64,000 nt of DNA from the IMG/VR virus record IMGVR_UViG_3300021399_000108, positions 1 through 64,000 of that record; one strand, written 5' to 3'. The DNA comes from a virus (lineage: Duplodnaviria; Caudoviricetes). Positions 11,042-24,524 of the stretch are shown here, piece by piece. The notes under the pieces are model-generated. The model had not been told where the DNA came from. It saw nothing but the letters and a program-made list of their open reading frames with translations, and did no database searches. Numbering within the stretch: the first letter of the stretch is position 1; every line of letters starts with the position of its first letter. The translations under genes were made by a program, and so were the position numbers.

Positions 11042-11172
11042 AGAAGCTTTACGTTATTTGGAAGTAATTGCGCGAGCAAATACAATAATGGCAGCTACAC
11101 AAGCTGTTATGGCAATGCTAATGTTACTATTTTATTTTATATATTTATTTAGAAATAAAGGAGATTAAGAAA

Positions 11173-11952
11173 ATGAAGAAGTTTGTCGCTCTACTACTAA
11201 TGGTTACTATTACCCTTGTTCCAATGTTTGCTTTTGCTTATACCACCACAGAAGATGCGCTATGGGCGCTATCAACGAATCAGCATGTAACTGGTATTCT
11301 AGGGCCGGAAAAGGTAGAAGAATATCTGGGGCCGCAGAATCCCGCTAAGCCATATATTCGTGGTTTTCTAGAAAATGGACTAGTGCGCGAAAAGGGACTA
11401 CAATCTTTTGTTGCTAGTACAAGTGGGCAGCTTGGTGGATTTACATCTATTCGCACTACTGTAAAGATTTTTTCGCAATATGAGGAAGTAGTGGCGGAAG
11501 TAGTTGAAGATACACTAGGTTACGTGCCTAATGGCGCACTGGATTATATTATGGCAACTATGTATTTTGAAGATAAAAATGTAGGACATAAGTTTTTTAA
11601 GACTAATGTACCTACTTGGAATGTAGGCACTATTACAGTAAATAAGACCGATACTTTTAATCTATATATGGGTGATTGGGACTTTGATGGTGAATATGAT
11701 CTTGGTTTTGCCGCGGGTTGGACACAGTGTAAGAAGCCAGAACCTACCCCGGAACCTACGCCAAAGCCTTGTAAGCCCTGCCATCCTTGTAAACCTTGTA
11801 AGCCAACAATTGTTGTTGTACAGCCACAGGTAGTATGTCCAAAGGTTACGCCTTCCTGCCCTAAGATTAGAGATTGCGATGAAGTTAAGGTTTGCGGCAA
11901 GAATGTGCAAATCAATCTGTTTAGCATTGTGAAGAATTGCATTAAAAATTAA
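11173..11952 (+). CDS. secreted/exported protein with Pro/Cys-rich C-terminus
   Basis: N-terminal signal peptide MKKFVALLL...AFA; PEPTPEPTPKPCKPCHPCKPCKP. Confidence 0.8.
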   Translation: MKKFVALLLMVTITLVPMFAFAYTTTEDALWALSTNQHVTGILGPEKVEEYLGPQNPAKPYIRGFLENGLVREKGLQSFVASTSGQLGGFTSIRTTVKIFSQYEEVVAEVVEDTLGYVPNGALDYIMATMYFEDKNVGHKFFKTNVPTWNVGTITVNKTDTFNLYMGDWDFDGEYDLGFAAGWTQCKKPEPTPEPTPKPCKPCHPCKPCKPTIVVVQPQVVCPKVTPSCPKIRDCDEVKVCGKNVQINLFSIVKNCIKN

Positions 11953-12038
11953 CCATTATCATTCATTTATTAGGGACAAGTATTTGACTTGCCCCTAATT
12001 TTATGTTATAATATAGGAAAGAAGAAAGGAGGTATAAA

Positions 12039-13156
12039 ATGAAAAATAGTTTGAATACCTTAAAGGATTTTCCATTAAGACGCATATATTATATTAAACA
12101 TCCTTGGAAATTCTTTTCTCACGCTTGGGACAATTGTAAGGCCGCATGGCAACGTGCAACCAAAGGTTTTGCCGCAAGTGATGTATGGGATCTTGATCAT
12201 TATCTTCTAACACTTTTACCCGCTATGTTACGTAAACTCGCGGATGAAGGTATGAGTTATCCCGGAATTGCACCATTTGAAACACCTGAAAAATGGGAAA
12301 CATGGCTGCATGAAATGGCGGATAAATTAGAATCATTGCAAGAAGATTGGGCAGAAACTCGTAATGAGTATGATGAACCTTATTTCCATGCTTTGGAAGA
12401 ACATCGACGTGTAAAGCGCGCGGATCCTAGTATTGTTCGTTATGCTTACGAGGATGAAGTTTTAAAACAATTACATGATAAATGGCTTGCACGCGTAAAT
12501 GAATTGAATCAAGAACAAAAAGATTTTACTATTAAAACATTTGAAGAATTAGGGAGGTATTTAGGATTTTTATGGAGCTAAATGACATTATTGAACTAAT
12601 TAGTAATCGTGATGGGATTTCTTATGAAGAAGCCGCAATTTGGGTGAAGAATTGCCAAGACGAGTTGGCTGAGATTTGTAATAGCGAGAATCCTTCTTTG
12701 GAAGATGCAGAATATTGTGTAGCAGATTTCCTTGGTCTTGAACCTGATTATCTAGAAGTATTACTGCCGCTATGAAAGTAATTTGTCAACAACCATTAGC
12801 CTCCATACACACTTGTGTCGAATGTGGGGCTTTATTGTATTATGGCCGCGAGGATATCTACGAAAATAAATATATCTATTGCCCACTTTGTAAAACAAAA
12901 CAAGAATGTGCTTGCGATTTAAGTTATGATGGAGTGATTAAAGATGGTAGCGTATCTAAGGAAGAAAAATAATGCTTGGTATTGTAGTAATTGTATGATG
13001 CGGCAAAACACATTCCGGCATACATGTAGCTTTTGTGGAACAGAATTTGTAAATTATATGGAAGCACTTTATAGCAATTGGAAAGTACAAGAAGATGAAA
13101 AGAGTAAGTATGATTACTATGATGATTTTAATTATGGAGATGTATATAAAAAATAA
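12039..13156 (+). CDS. four hypothetical genes (12039-12581, 12572-12775, 12772-12972, 12944-13156), two with Zn-ribbon CxxC pairs
   Basis: Overlapping start/stop arrangement, promoter at about 11983. Confidence 0.7.
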
Positions 13157-13222
13157 AATAATTTTAGCGCATTTTCCCCAATCCAAGGGTAGGTAAGTGC
13201 ACGTTCATTATGGAGGTAAAAA

Positions 13223-13423
13223 ATGACAACAAAAGAAGCAATGCAATATGTAGTTTAGGCGGGAACACCAATAGCATTTATTGCTAAAAATATTGGAAGA
13301 GATCCTACAACTATTAGTAAATGGTGGCATGGAAAGACTCGACTTTCCGCAGAAACAGAACAAGATTTACGACAAGAAATTATTCGATTAAAAGCATTTT
13401 GGGATAAAATTAATTTAAACTAA
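13223..13423 (+). CDS. HTH (XRE-like) DNA-binding protein, one in-frame TAG
   Basis: MTTKEAMQYVV*AGTPIAFIAKNIGRDPTTISKWWHG; GGAGGT RBS. Confidence 0.75.
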
Positions 13424-13441
13424 AACAAGGAAGATGATGCT

Positions 13442-13609
13442 ATGTTATATTATGTAGTATACTCTAAGAAGGTAGCAAATAAATTAGAACATATGGGTTT
13501 TAAAGTTCTAAAAATTGAACCAAATTATAAATATCCTAATCGAGCCGTATATTTTTTTGAAGATACTGTTGAATTAAGGGAGGCAATATTGCCATTAATT
13601 CATAAATAA
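13442..13609 (+). CDS. DUF5659-like small protein
   Basis: YSKKVANKLEHMGFKVLKIEPNYKYPNRAVYFFEDT pattern. Confidence 0.6.
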   Translation: MLYYVVYSKKVANKLEHMGFKVLKIEPNYKYPNRAVYFFEDTVELREAILPLIHK

Positions 13610-13638
13610 ACTAAAACTTAAACAGGAGATGATCCTAT

Positions 13639-14052
13639 ATGCCAATAGATAAAGGCAAAAATGCTCCACTCGTTGCCGCGCGTGGAGATAAATGGAATTA
13701 TAAAGGAACATATTCAAAAGATAATCCCGAAGGATTATATTTCAGCCAAGTTCCTTCTCTTATACGTAGATATATTAATAATCATTTAGATGGCTTGCAT
13801 GGCAATCATTTAAAAATCATGTATTTATTAATTGAAGTTAAAGAAGGTAATTTCCGATTATCTCAAAAATGGGTATTAGATGAAACTGGGATGGCAAAAG
13901 ATAAGTATTACAAAGCGCGAAAAGATTTAGAAGATATGGGATGGATAACATGTGAAGATGATACTATTTATGTTAATTATGATTATTTATATGATCAAAT
14001 TTTTGATACTCGACGCGAAAGGTAGCACTCTGAATCTTTTCATTCCAATTAA
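13639..14052 (+). CDS. winged-helix replication-initiator-like protein (TAG read-through to TAA 14050-14052)
   Basis: LKIMYLL...SQKWVLDETGMAKDKYYKARKDLEDMGWI wHTH pattern; followed by iteron-like repeats. Confidence 0.55.
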
Positions 14053-14172
14053 AAGGTAGCACTCTGAATCTTTTCGTTAGTAATGTTTAAAGGTAGCACC
14101 TTGAAAAGATACTTCACTCTGCTACCTTTGAAAGGTAGCACCTTGCATTAGAAAAGGTAGCACTCTGCTACC
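14018..14172. repeat. iteron-like repeats: AAAGGTAGCAC x5 plus 2 inverted TGCTACC copies
   Basis: Direct copies at about 14018, 14052, 14089, 14131 and 14153. Confidence 0.9.
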
Positions 14173-14465
14173 CATAATAGATATATAATAGATAAATAAA
14201 TAAATAATAATTATAATAAATAAAAGTTTTTAGCGGCTGCGCCGCAAAATTTTGAAAGGAGTAAAAATGAAGATTAAAGCAACATACCTAATTGAAAAAG
14301 AATATGATTATGATTTAAAAGAATGGCTAAATGGCAATCCTGGTTTAACTGAACAAGAATTTCAAGAATGTGTAACAAATTGGATTGGCGAAGATTTTGA
14401 CCGCATCCATAACCGCGCTTCTAATGTAATTGGCGAGTTCTATGATCAGCTAACATTTACAAAAT

Positions 14466-14711
14466 ATGAATAGTAAAGTATATATTATTAAACCTTATAA
14501 TAAATATATGTTGCCATAGCCAGGTGAGTAGATTCTATACAAATTTAATTTATATAATAATGAATATTGTATTAGTGAAACTAATTTATAGTGGGGCAAA
14601 CCAATTGTAGCTCGCCCGCTAGAATAGCAAGATGATTTTGGCTATCATTTATATAATACTTATGAATAGGCTTTGTCCTATGTTTTACAATTAAAACGAA
14701 TTGCGCGTTAA
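14466..14711 (+). CDS. hypothetical protein with 5 in-frame TAG
   Basis: Open 82-codon frame if TAG is sense; TYE*ALSYV reads naturally as YEEAL. Confidence 0.65.
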
Positions 14712-14723
14712 AGGAGAATTAAT

Positions 14724-17255
14724 ATGAAAAAATTTTGGAAATATAGTAGTTTATTTCTTGCAGTATATAATTTCTTTCTAGTAATTGTAGCTATCTTTGA
14801 TCTTTTCCAATTTCCTAATGGCGGTTTGCGGCTACTACTAGCGCTTACAGCATTTCAAGTTGCAATTTATAAATTTTCTGAATATGTAGAAGATGAGTGG
14901 TCTAGCTTAGAAAATAAACCTGACCCAACTTTAAATAAAACAATTAATATTGAAACTACGCCCGCGCCTATTGTTCGTGTTAGAGAGGTTGTGGTAGAAC
15001 ATAAAGAAGTATATCAAAAATTCTCTGAGAGTATTAAAAATAATCTCGCGCGGAATTTAGGAGAGAGAATGCTTGATGATAATCTAATTACATTTACAAT
15101 ACAGGCACGAACGCCTAATACTCCTGATATTTTAACAATTTCAGCCGATGCAAAAGTAGTAGGAGGAACTAATAATGAGAAGAACAAGTGATATACCTTG
15201 GCAATTTATAGCGTTACTTATATTATTAATAATAATTGTATTGTTTATTCAAAGTTGTGCTTCTAATGATCTATACAATAATGGTATATGTCAAATATGC
15301 GGCGGCAACTATGAATTTTATCAAGCAGTAGGACATCAATATTTTACAAATTACTTATATAAATGTGATAAATGTGGGAATATTATTGAAGTAAATCAGA
15401 TCTATTAAATAATTGATTCAAAATAAAAATTATGATATAATAAAAGAAAAAGGAGTAAAAAATGTTTCTTGACGATGATAGAGAACAACAGCATAGAGAT
15501 TTTATGCAAGTAATACAAAAAATAATCCAACTGTATGATGAATTATTACAACAAAAAAATGAACGAATTAATTTCTTACAATGTGAAGTAAATAAACTTG
15601 ATGCAGAATTATTGCAATTACATATGACTAAAGATAATCATAATACTACTATACAAAAACCGCCAAAATTAAGATAAGGAGATTAATAAAGATGATTAAC
15701 GCAATGGAAGCTAATGATTTAATGCCTTCTACTCAGAAACTTCAAGCATATTATGATGAATATATGAAAATGATTGAAGAAAAAATTATTGAGGCTGCGA
15801 AGAAAGATCAGCGTAATATCACTGTGCGGATACCACCAAAGCTAAAATATAAAATTATGGCCGCGCTTGAAGAAGCTTTTTATGAATGTGATGCAAGTGA
15901 ACCATATATGGCTTATGATGATGTATATGCATGTACTTTAACTATTTTTTGGGGAGCATAATATATGATAGATGCATATGAAGTTTGTCTTTATAGACCT
16001 ACTATAAAAGCAAGAATTGAGCGGCAAAAGAAACTTTTAAATGATGTTTCAGTTGCAATTATTGATGCCGCAAATAATGATGCAGATAGTGTTTGCTTTT
16101 CATTTGATGCTATTGATAAAGATTATTTATTTGCTGTATTATTACAATATCATTATATTTGGAATATTATTTTTGAATCAGCAAGCCCTAATCCACATCA
16201 TAACATAGACATTGAAATTCAATGGAGGCTACCAAATGGATAAAAAATTATTTCCAATGACACTAACACAACGGCCTAGAAAATATGAAGATTATGGTAT
16301 AGAATCCCAGGAACTAGAATGGGATCATGATAATTTTCAGGGTAATTTTTCAGTTTATAATCTATGTGAATGCCCAGAAGATGCTATTATTGGCCGCGAT
16401 TTATTTGATGCAGATGATTTTATTTATGCGGTAAGATTTGGTATGGATTTGCGCGATAAAGGTTATACTGACTTACAAATTACTGAACGAGAATGGGAGG
16501 ATGATGATGAATAAAGAATTTCATTGGTTTGAGGATTACAACGGCCTTATTGATGCTATCTTTCGCCTTGATTCTCCTTTAAAAGAAGGCATTGTTTGCC
16601 GCTGCTATCGTGAAACAGAGATTGCTTTTTTTCAGCGTAAGCCGCTAATTCTTTCAACACAATCTGCATTTTTTCGACAAGAATTACTGGATTGCGGTTA
16701 TAAGCTTTTCGCGCATCCAGCGCATCGTCCTATGACAGAAGTTGCGCGCGGTCAATATACTAATAGTGGCGCGCTAATTACAGATAAAAGTGATTTAGAA
16801 AAGTTATTGTTAGAAGGTGAACTATAATGTTTGGAATAATTATTTTGTATATTATATTAGTATGGCCTTTTGCTAGTTATATTATTGACTATTGGGCTAA
16901 AAGGATTTATATTGGCGTAAAATATGTTCAAAAATTTTGGAGAAATTTTAAAAAGAAGTCAGTTTCTTGACTTCTTTTTTAATTTTTGGTATAATAATCA
17001 TAGAAAGGAGAAATTAATATGGGACTTACTGAAAGACATTGGTTTGAAGAAGAAGATACATTAAATGAGCGTCAATTAGAAAATGAAGTAGAATATGGTG
17101 AAAGACGCTATCAAGAAGGATATAAGAAGGGATACGCCGATGCATTAGCCTCGCGGTCGCTAGGAACGAATTTTTATCCTTGTCAATATTGCACTCGTTA
17201 TGAATGTGATAGATGTTTATATCATCAGATGTGCCAGCAGAATATTTATAGATGA
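14724..17255 (+). CDS. cluster of small hypothetical genes (membrane and Zn-finger proteins)
   Basis: Tandem ORFs with RBSs from the ORF track. Confidence 0.6.
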
Positions 17256-17468
17256 AAAAAATTATATTACACTTATGGCTGTAATTTAAATAGGAGTATA
17301 AGATGATTACTATATGCAAACGCCAATGTGCGACGAATAAATTCAAATGGTTTTATCATCCGATGCTTCCGCAGAATGAGAAGAAGTATTTTCATTTCTT
17401 TATATGGGTAGGAAAACATTGGTTAATCGCATGGCCTAAGAAATTTAACTAATATAAAGGAGATTTAG

Positions 17469-17951
17469 ATGAAAGGTTTAATCATGATCGGGTATCAAGG
17501 AATCGGAAAAAGTTCCTGTGCCGGAAAAGAAAACTGTATTGATCTGGAAAGCGGAAGCTTTTGGATTGGCGATTATAGAGCGGAAGACTGGTATATTCCG
17601 TATTGTAATGTTGCTTTACATTTAGCAAGTCAAGGATATACAGTATTCACCAGCTCACATAAGGTTGTTATTAATTGTCTGAAATTTGTTCCTTCAATGG
17701 AAAATATTGGCAAGATTGTTGTATTTTGTCCAGAAGTTAGATTTAAGGAAGAATGGATTGCTAGATTACAGGAACGATATGATCGAACTGGATTAAATAA
17801 AGATTACAAAGCCCTGATGAACGCAAAAGAAAGATATACAGAAAACATTATCGAGCTTGTAAATTGTGGGTTTCCGGTTTATCAACCCAGCTGGATTGAT
17901 TATGATCTAATGGATTACGTTCACAAGGCAAGACATGATTGGTGTCAGTAA
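17469..17951 (+). CDS. P-loop NTPase / nucleoside-kinase-like protein
   Basis: GYQGIGKS Walker A, IDLES. Confidence 0.7.
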   Translation: MKGLIMIGYQGIGKSSCAGKENCIDLESGSFWIGDYRAEDWYIPYCNVALHLASQGYTVFTSSHKVVINCLKFVPSMENIGKIVVFCPEVRFKEEWIARLQERYDRTGLNKDYKALMNAKERYTENIIELVNCGFPVYQPSWIDYDLMDYVHKARHDWCQ

Positions 17952-18140
17952 TTCAAATAACATAATAAAATAACATGAGATAAGCTTATGACAATCATAG
18001 TAGAATTGGAATTATCGAGTCCGTATAATCTTACAGCTGAAGAAATTGAACAGGATTTGCGGCTGGCAGAAGATCAGATTGGATGGAATTATGATTATAT
18101 AATTAAGTCAGTGGAAGTAACTTAAATAGGAGTATATTAA

Positions 18141-21100
18141 ATGTCAGAAGATTTTGCAACAATTCAATTTTTGCCCGTATGTAGTAATTGCGGGCGCATT
18201 ATTTATGATATTATAGATATAACAGAAGTACCATTAGCTGAAGGAATAGCTACTATTCCACATGATATGATTGAGCCTAGGCAATGTAAACGTTGCGGCG
18301 CAATTTTTAGACAGATTGATGTCCCTAATCGTTTTCCTTTTAATAATAAAAAAGAATTTTCTATACCTGAATAAAAGGTGGTAATTATGCAAGTAGCAAA
18401 TAAAATTTGTCCTAAATGTCATAATGCTAATTATGTAAGATATTTAGGAGAATTAAGTAATTCATATAAATATAAATGTATAAATTGTAATGCATATCTT
18501 AATGATGAAGATTTTGAAAAACCAGCACTAAATAATTCAGAAAATAATAAAAAAATGAATAGCGGCGGAATAGTATCTTATGAGGATATGAATAAAATAT
18601 TTGCAGAAATGTATGAACGCCAAGAAGATTATATTGCTCATATTATTGAACAATATCTTGATCCAATTATAGAAACAAAAATAAATGAAAAAATTACTTG
18701 TCCGCGCATGAATAATGATTGTCCTAAATATGAGAGGAAGGTAACTTAGGATGATTGATAATAAAAAAGTAATTGAGGGACAAAAGGAAGTTATTATGCA
18801 TCTATTGCACATGAGTGAAATGTGCAGTGAAGATGATGAACCATACTATGATGAATTACGGAACTATGCTATAAATACTTGGGCTTTACTGGAAAATTTG
18901 TTGAAAGAGCAGGAAGCGGTGAAACCGATAGTTGCTCAATATGCTTTTCCAGTACAATTCATAAAAAAGTATTACTGCGGTATATGCAAGGAAGAAATAA
19001 CCAGGAACAATGTCTATTGTTACAAGTGCGGGAGAAAGGTGAAGTGGGATGGCTGACGTAGAAAGTGTCATTTACGCAATCGAACGATGCACCTGTCATG
19101 TTCCAGACGCTTGTCGAGATTGTCCATATGATGCTGGGCATCCATACAATGAGTGCATTGAAATGCTTTTAAAGGATGCGATGGAACTGTTGAAAGAGCA
19201 GAATAAAATAATTAAGTCGCTCACAGATGAGAAGGAGAGACTTTTATCAGAACGCATTGCGGAATTGCAACATAATATAGATGCATTGCATGCTATAATG
19301 CAGGATACAATACTTGTAAATAATGCTATTGAACAAAGGAAGGGCGGTTAAAATGAGATGACTGATAGAGCAAAAGAATTACGTAAATATATGGTAATGC
19401 ACGAACTTAAAGAACATATTAATTTTGCTGAATGGCGTGATGAATTATATATAGACTGTGTCCCAGTTTGGGCATTAAAGGAAGCATATGAATTATTAAA
19501 AGAGCAAGAACTTCATGAACTTACTAAAAATGAATGGGAACAATGGAAAAACAATCCGCGAAGAGATCCTATTTGCATGTTATGGTATAAAGACACAACA
19601 CCTATGTGGATTTTGACACCAGTAGAAGTACATGAACCCGCGTATCTTATGGGAAAAGTTAAATTATTTAATAGGAAACCTACAACAGAAGAAATACACG
19701 GAGTAAAATGGAATGATTGATGAACGATACGTAATGACTAGAATGATTGAAGATCAACTTGCTATAATTAAAAGTATGGGTCAGCACGAAATGTTTGTAA
19801 CAACTGATGTCATGCAGGAAATACTTGCAATGCTGAAAGGGCAGGAAGAGCAGTTTATTGATGCGTTCAATACGATTAGAGATGCTTACAACACACCAGC
19901 TAACAGAGAGAAAATATTACTGAATTATTTATTAAGAAATGCCTGTTGTTGCGCTGACGGAGAATGAAAGAAAGGTCGGTGAGACGAATGGATGAACTTG
20001 TTGATATTCTTAAATGGATTCACATAGATTTGGTGGTAATTGCCGCTACACTGATTTGTTTTGTATTGTTTAAGGACTGCCACGGTGATAGCCATTTTGG
20101 AATTATTGATGAATTAAAGAATATAAAGTCAACAATTGCGAATAAGAAATGGGGAGGTCGGTGAAGTGGAATGCGATTAATTGATGCTGATGACTTATAT
20201 GACAAATACCAAGAAGCAATGAAGAAATTACTTTCTAGCACAAATATGGGAAACATATCGGCCGAAGCAATTAGCTTGCTTTGCGGCTCAGCTTTAATTA
20301 GAGAAGCGCCTACAATTATTAATGCACGTTTATTAACTATTGAAGAAGCGGATAGCATGCATCATGTTTGGGTAGAGGTGCTTCCACATACTATTATTGG
20401 TCCTAGACTTATGCGAGTAGTAAAAGATATAGCTGCATGTCTGATATATACTTCTGGTGCGGATACACCAACTTGCTATGATATATATAATTATAATAAA
20501 ACTTGGCGTTGTTGGTCTGCTCAACCTACTTTTAAACAACAATTAGAGGAGAGATGGCTTGATGAAAATACAGGTGCCCGCGCATTGTAAGGAATGTTTG
20601 TATATTACACAACTAAATAATTTAATAGCATGCGGATATCCTTCATTCTCAAAAGAAACGGAAGTTCTAGATATTACTTCATTTAAAGTTAATCCAGATT
20701 CTTCACCACCGGAATGGTGTCCTTATATAACAACAAATAATTTTATAGCGACTCTGCCGCAAGAAAAACAAGACGCTATTGATAATATATGGGGCGGATT
20801 AGCAGAATTATTGGGATGGAATAAAATAAAAGAGAAGAAAGATTATGAATGAGGTCACGGCATAGATGAAATTTTGGATTTTTAAAACTAGTGATTGGCC
20901 ACGCGCAGGCTGTGTTAGAGAATTTGATTCATTAGATGAATGTATTAAAACGTTAGATAACGAATATTATAATATGGATTATGTAATATCACCTTCTTTA
21001 AGTTACGGACGAGATTACATTCCAGCTGATGTAACAAAAATTGTTGAAATTTATGATACATATAGAGAATAAAGGAGATAAAATAAAATGACTGTATCTG

Positions 21101-22029
21101 AATTATATAAGTATTTATATGACTTGGTAGAAACTAATATGATTAATTGCAACACAGAAGTACAAGTTGCCTCATGGGAAGATGGTCCGTATGATGGTTT
21201 TAAAGTAGTTGGTGTACGAACCTTAACTGATTGTGATTATGATACACAAGATGACTGTAATCATTATAAAGAGAGAGTATTTATTATTCATGAATAAACG
21301 GAGGAAATATAATGCAAGTTTATAAATGTTTTATTCGACCAATGTTATCTGTACCTGATCAGCATTACAATCCAAAACGACTTCCTATTGAAAAACAAGA
21401 AAAATGGTATCCCGTAGAATTAGAAGAAGATCTTTATAAGAAATTTAAATATCTAGAAACTACATTTGAATGGGTAGTTTTTGATAAAAAATACGAACCA
21501 ATTGAAATTGTACAATGCCGGGATTGTAAATATTATCCTAAAATTGATAAAAATGGAGATATAGAATGGCCGGATGATTTATATAAATGTCCTGGTCGTG
21601 TTGACGATCCTTATTATGACTGGATGCCGCCAGAGGATTTCTTTTGTGCAAATGGAGAAAGGAAAGAAGTAAATGAATAATTATATTATTAATCCATCTA
21701 TATTCTATTGGATGAATGTATTGGATAGTATTCGAGGCGTAGCTACTGTAACTTTACTTATATCAGTAGCATGTTTGATAATTGCATTAATACTTTATTT
21801 TGTTGATATGGATGAAGACGATGAAGTCGTTAAATTATGTCGAAAATTAACGTTTATTTCAGGAATTATTACAGTAATTAGTATTATTATTATAATTTTT
21901 ATTCCTGATAAAAGAACCAGTATTGAAATGCTAATCGCGCGAACCGCTACATATGAAAATGCTCAACTTACTGTACAAGGCGTTAAAGAAGTAGTTGATT
22001 ATATTGTTCAAGCCATTAAAAGTATTTAA
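18141..22029 (+). CDS. cluster of small hypothetical genes typical of Firmicutes phage accessory regions (many Zn-ribbons, an MRLIDAD-type protein, membrane proteins)
   Basis: Tightly packed co-oriented ORFs. Confidence 0.6.
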
Positions 22030-22272
22030 TTGACTTCTTATTAAAATTATGATATAATAGTTATAGTAAAACAAAGGAGATTTTAAATGGCTGATAAGAA
22101 ATTTCCACGAGATTGTACAACAGATTGCCCGCATTTCCATACGTGGGATATGTCAATTGATGATTGGACTTGTGTATGTGATTTACTAAAAGTCCAAATT
22201 GACGAATGTGATATGGATTTCCAATTTGAGTATTGTCCACAAAGTAGTGAAAGTTAAAGGAGATAATTAATA

Positions 22273-22440
22273 ATGGGTAAGGAAGAGCTACACCATTGCA
22301 AGTGTGGCGGAAAAGCAAAAGTTAAAAACGTAGATGGATATGTTTGGGTTGAGTGCAAAAAATGCGGCAAAACTACAAGCAAATATCCCGAAGAAATGCG
22401 CGAACTAGCTGTGGAGGACTGGAATGGCGACAGTAATTAA
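22273..22440 (+). CDS. Lar-like (restriction alleviation) zinc-ribbon protein
   Basis: LHHCKCGGKAKV...VECKKCG...AVEDWN. Confidence 0.55.
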   Translation: MGKEELHHCKCGGKAKVKNVDGYVWVECKKCGKTTSKYPEEMRELAVEDWNGDSN

Positions 22441-22663
22441 GGAGAACTGATAATGTGTAAATATTGCGAATTAGAAAATAAAGAGTATCTTATTGATAAT
22501 GACATGGAAATGGCATATATTATGAATAATATTGGTATTCCAGCACAATTTGTTTTTAGCACAGGAGAGCGGGGCAGATTTAGCTATTTAAAAATTAGTT
22601 ATTGCCCTATTTGTGGTACGCGGCTTGTAGACTATGAAAATTTACATAAGGAAGGATATTAAA

Positions 22664-23155
22664 ATGAAGTATGGTATTAGTGCAGAAGAACCTAAGAAAA
22701 TGAAAGTTACATATATTGTAGATAAAGACAATCGTAAAGTAATTTGTTTAATTGAAAATACTAAGCGCGCTTTTGAAGATTTTATTAATGAACAAGACAG
22801 TATGCTACCATTTATTCTAGATGGCACTCGGGAACTTTTTTTGAAAAAAGCCAAAATGAATAATGTATTCCGTGGTGTAGCAACTTGTGCGCCGGAAGAT
22901 GAGTGGGATGAAAAGGTAGGCCGACAAATTGCATATGCTCGCGCGCGATATAAGTTTGATGTAAGCTTTTTTAATCGTGCAAATTGGTTTATCCATGCGC
23001 TTGATAAGCAAATAGATAGACTATATGATACTATTAACAATTATGGCGACAAGATTAGTAAGAAACATAATTATAGGGTAGAACGATTAATTGAACATTT
23101 CGGAAAAGATTTTGAACTTTTTAAGAGTGATAAATACATTGCGCAGGATAATTAA
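22664..23155 (+). CDS. hypothetical protein
   Basis: ORF with GVATCAPEDEWDEKVGRQIA motif common in phage hypotheticals. Confidence 0.7.
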   Translation: MKYGISAEEPKKMKVTYIVDKDNRKVICLIENTKRAFEDFINEQDSMLPFILDGTRELFLKKAKMNNVFRGVATCAPEDEWDEKVGRQIAYARARYKFDVSFFNRANWFIHALDKQIDRLYDTINNYGDKISKKHNYRVERLIEHFGKDFELFKSDKYIAQDN

Positions 23156-23170
23156 TCGCAGGAGAATAAT

Positions 23171-23305
23171 ATGAGTAGATATGACGATAATGCATTAGAT
23201 GACATGTCATATGAAATTGAAGAATTTTTAAAAAATCATAGCATTTCTTAGCTACTTGAACTTATAACATATGTAATTAAAATAAAGGAAGAATATGGCT
23301 ACTAA
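23171..23305 (+). CDS. small hypothetical protein, one in-frame TAG
   Basis: NHSIS*LLELI; GGAG RBS; TAA stop. Confidence 0.55.
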
Positions 23306-23510
23306 TCAAGAATTACAAACTTGGGAAGAATTTAAATTATTAATTAATACTGATAATTATTTACCTGCACGCACACAAGTTAATGTTGCATGTCCTGAAT
23401 GTGGTCGGCCGCTATGGCGGCGAAATGATGTCACTTTAACTACCTATCCTGAGCAATACCGGTATGAATGTGATTGTGGCTGGGTAGGAACAGCATTTAG
23501 ATAAAAAAAT

Positions 23511-23537
23511 AAAGAGAGGATGAAATCCTCTCTTTTT
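23511..23537. terminator. bidirectional terminator
   Basis: AAAGAGAGGAT-GAA-ATCCTCTCTTT between convergent genes. Confidence 0.75.
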
Positions 23538-24261
23538 AAATTTCTTTTAAATATTCACTTGCCGCGTATCCTATATGTCCATTATACTTAATCTTCCACC
23601 AATCCTAAATTTCCTTATCAATTAATATAACTCGCGCACCTTGTGGTATATGCGCGATTGCCTTAGATTTTTTCGTAGGACTTTCGCGCAGATTAAGATA
23701 ACTGCCAGGATTAGTGGTAATAGCATATTGTACTCCAATTTCATCTTGCTTTTCCGGCGCTTTATTATCATAACTTATGCACTTTAATTCTCCCCAAGCA
23801 TCCCAGTGAGCTAACTATGATGTTACGATACCCCATTGTGTGCCTTTGGCTTCGATAACTACATTATCACCGCAATATACACCAACATGGTGCTTGCGGC
23901 CTTGCTCATTAACCAGAAAAACTAGTGAGCCAGGAAGAGGTTCAGTACCATCTGCCCGTAATCCGTCTATCAACTTACCCTTATTACGGCAATAATCTGT
24001 GTATAAATAATGAGAATGATGGGCTACTTCTTCACCTAATTGATGGCAAGCCCAGCGCACTAACCCCGAACAATCAGCCACCATTCTGCCTATCCACTGG
24101 CTACCATATTGCTTTGTTTTCTTCCAATTGGTTTTAGAGGGTTGGGAATACGCACGTTGTAGCTATGTTGTCCAAATACGACCCCATGTACCATATATAT
24201 AGCCCCATTGCTGTTGTAATGGAATACGAACTTTCTATATAAAATCTTTTGCGTTTATCAT
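23536..24261 (-). CDS. endolysin-like cell-wall hydrolase: NlpC/P60-type domain plus SH3b; 4 in-frame TAG
   Basis: WGYIYGTWG...ADCSGL...HVGVYCG...EAKG, then YLNLRESP...WWKIKYNGHIGY; GGAGGT RBS; TAA stop. Confidence 0.85.
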
Positions 24262-24524
24262 TATTAGTCACCTCCTAGAAATAAGTAGGGAGATTAGGAG
24301 AAAAATGGGGTGATATGTGTTTAAGTTACATATTATATAACAAATATTTGACAAAATAAAATTTTATGATATAATATAATCATAATAGAAGTTCCATATA
24401 ATCTCTCTCTAATAGACCTCTTCGGAGGTCTTTATTAGTATAAAAAGCCTCATTTTTACGATGATATTATGACATACAAATAGAAAGATATTTATCTTAA
24501 ATTACATATAAAGGAAGTAAAAAT

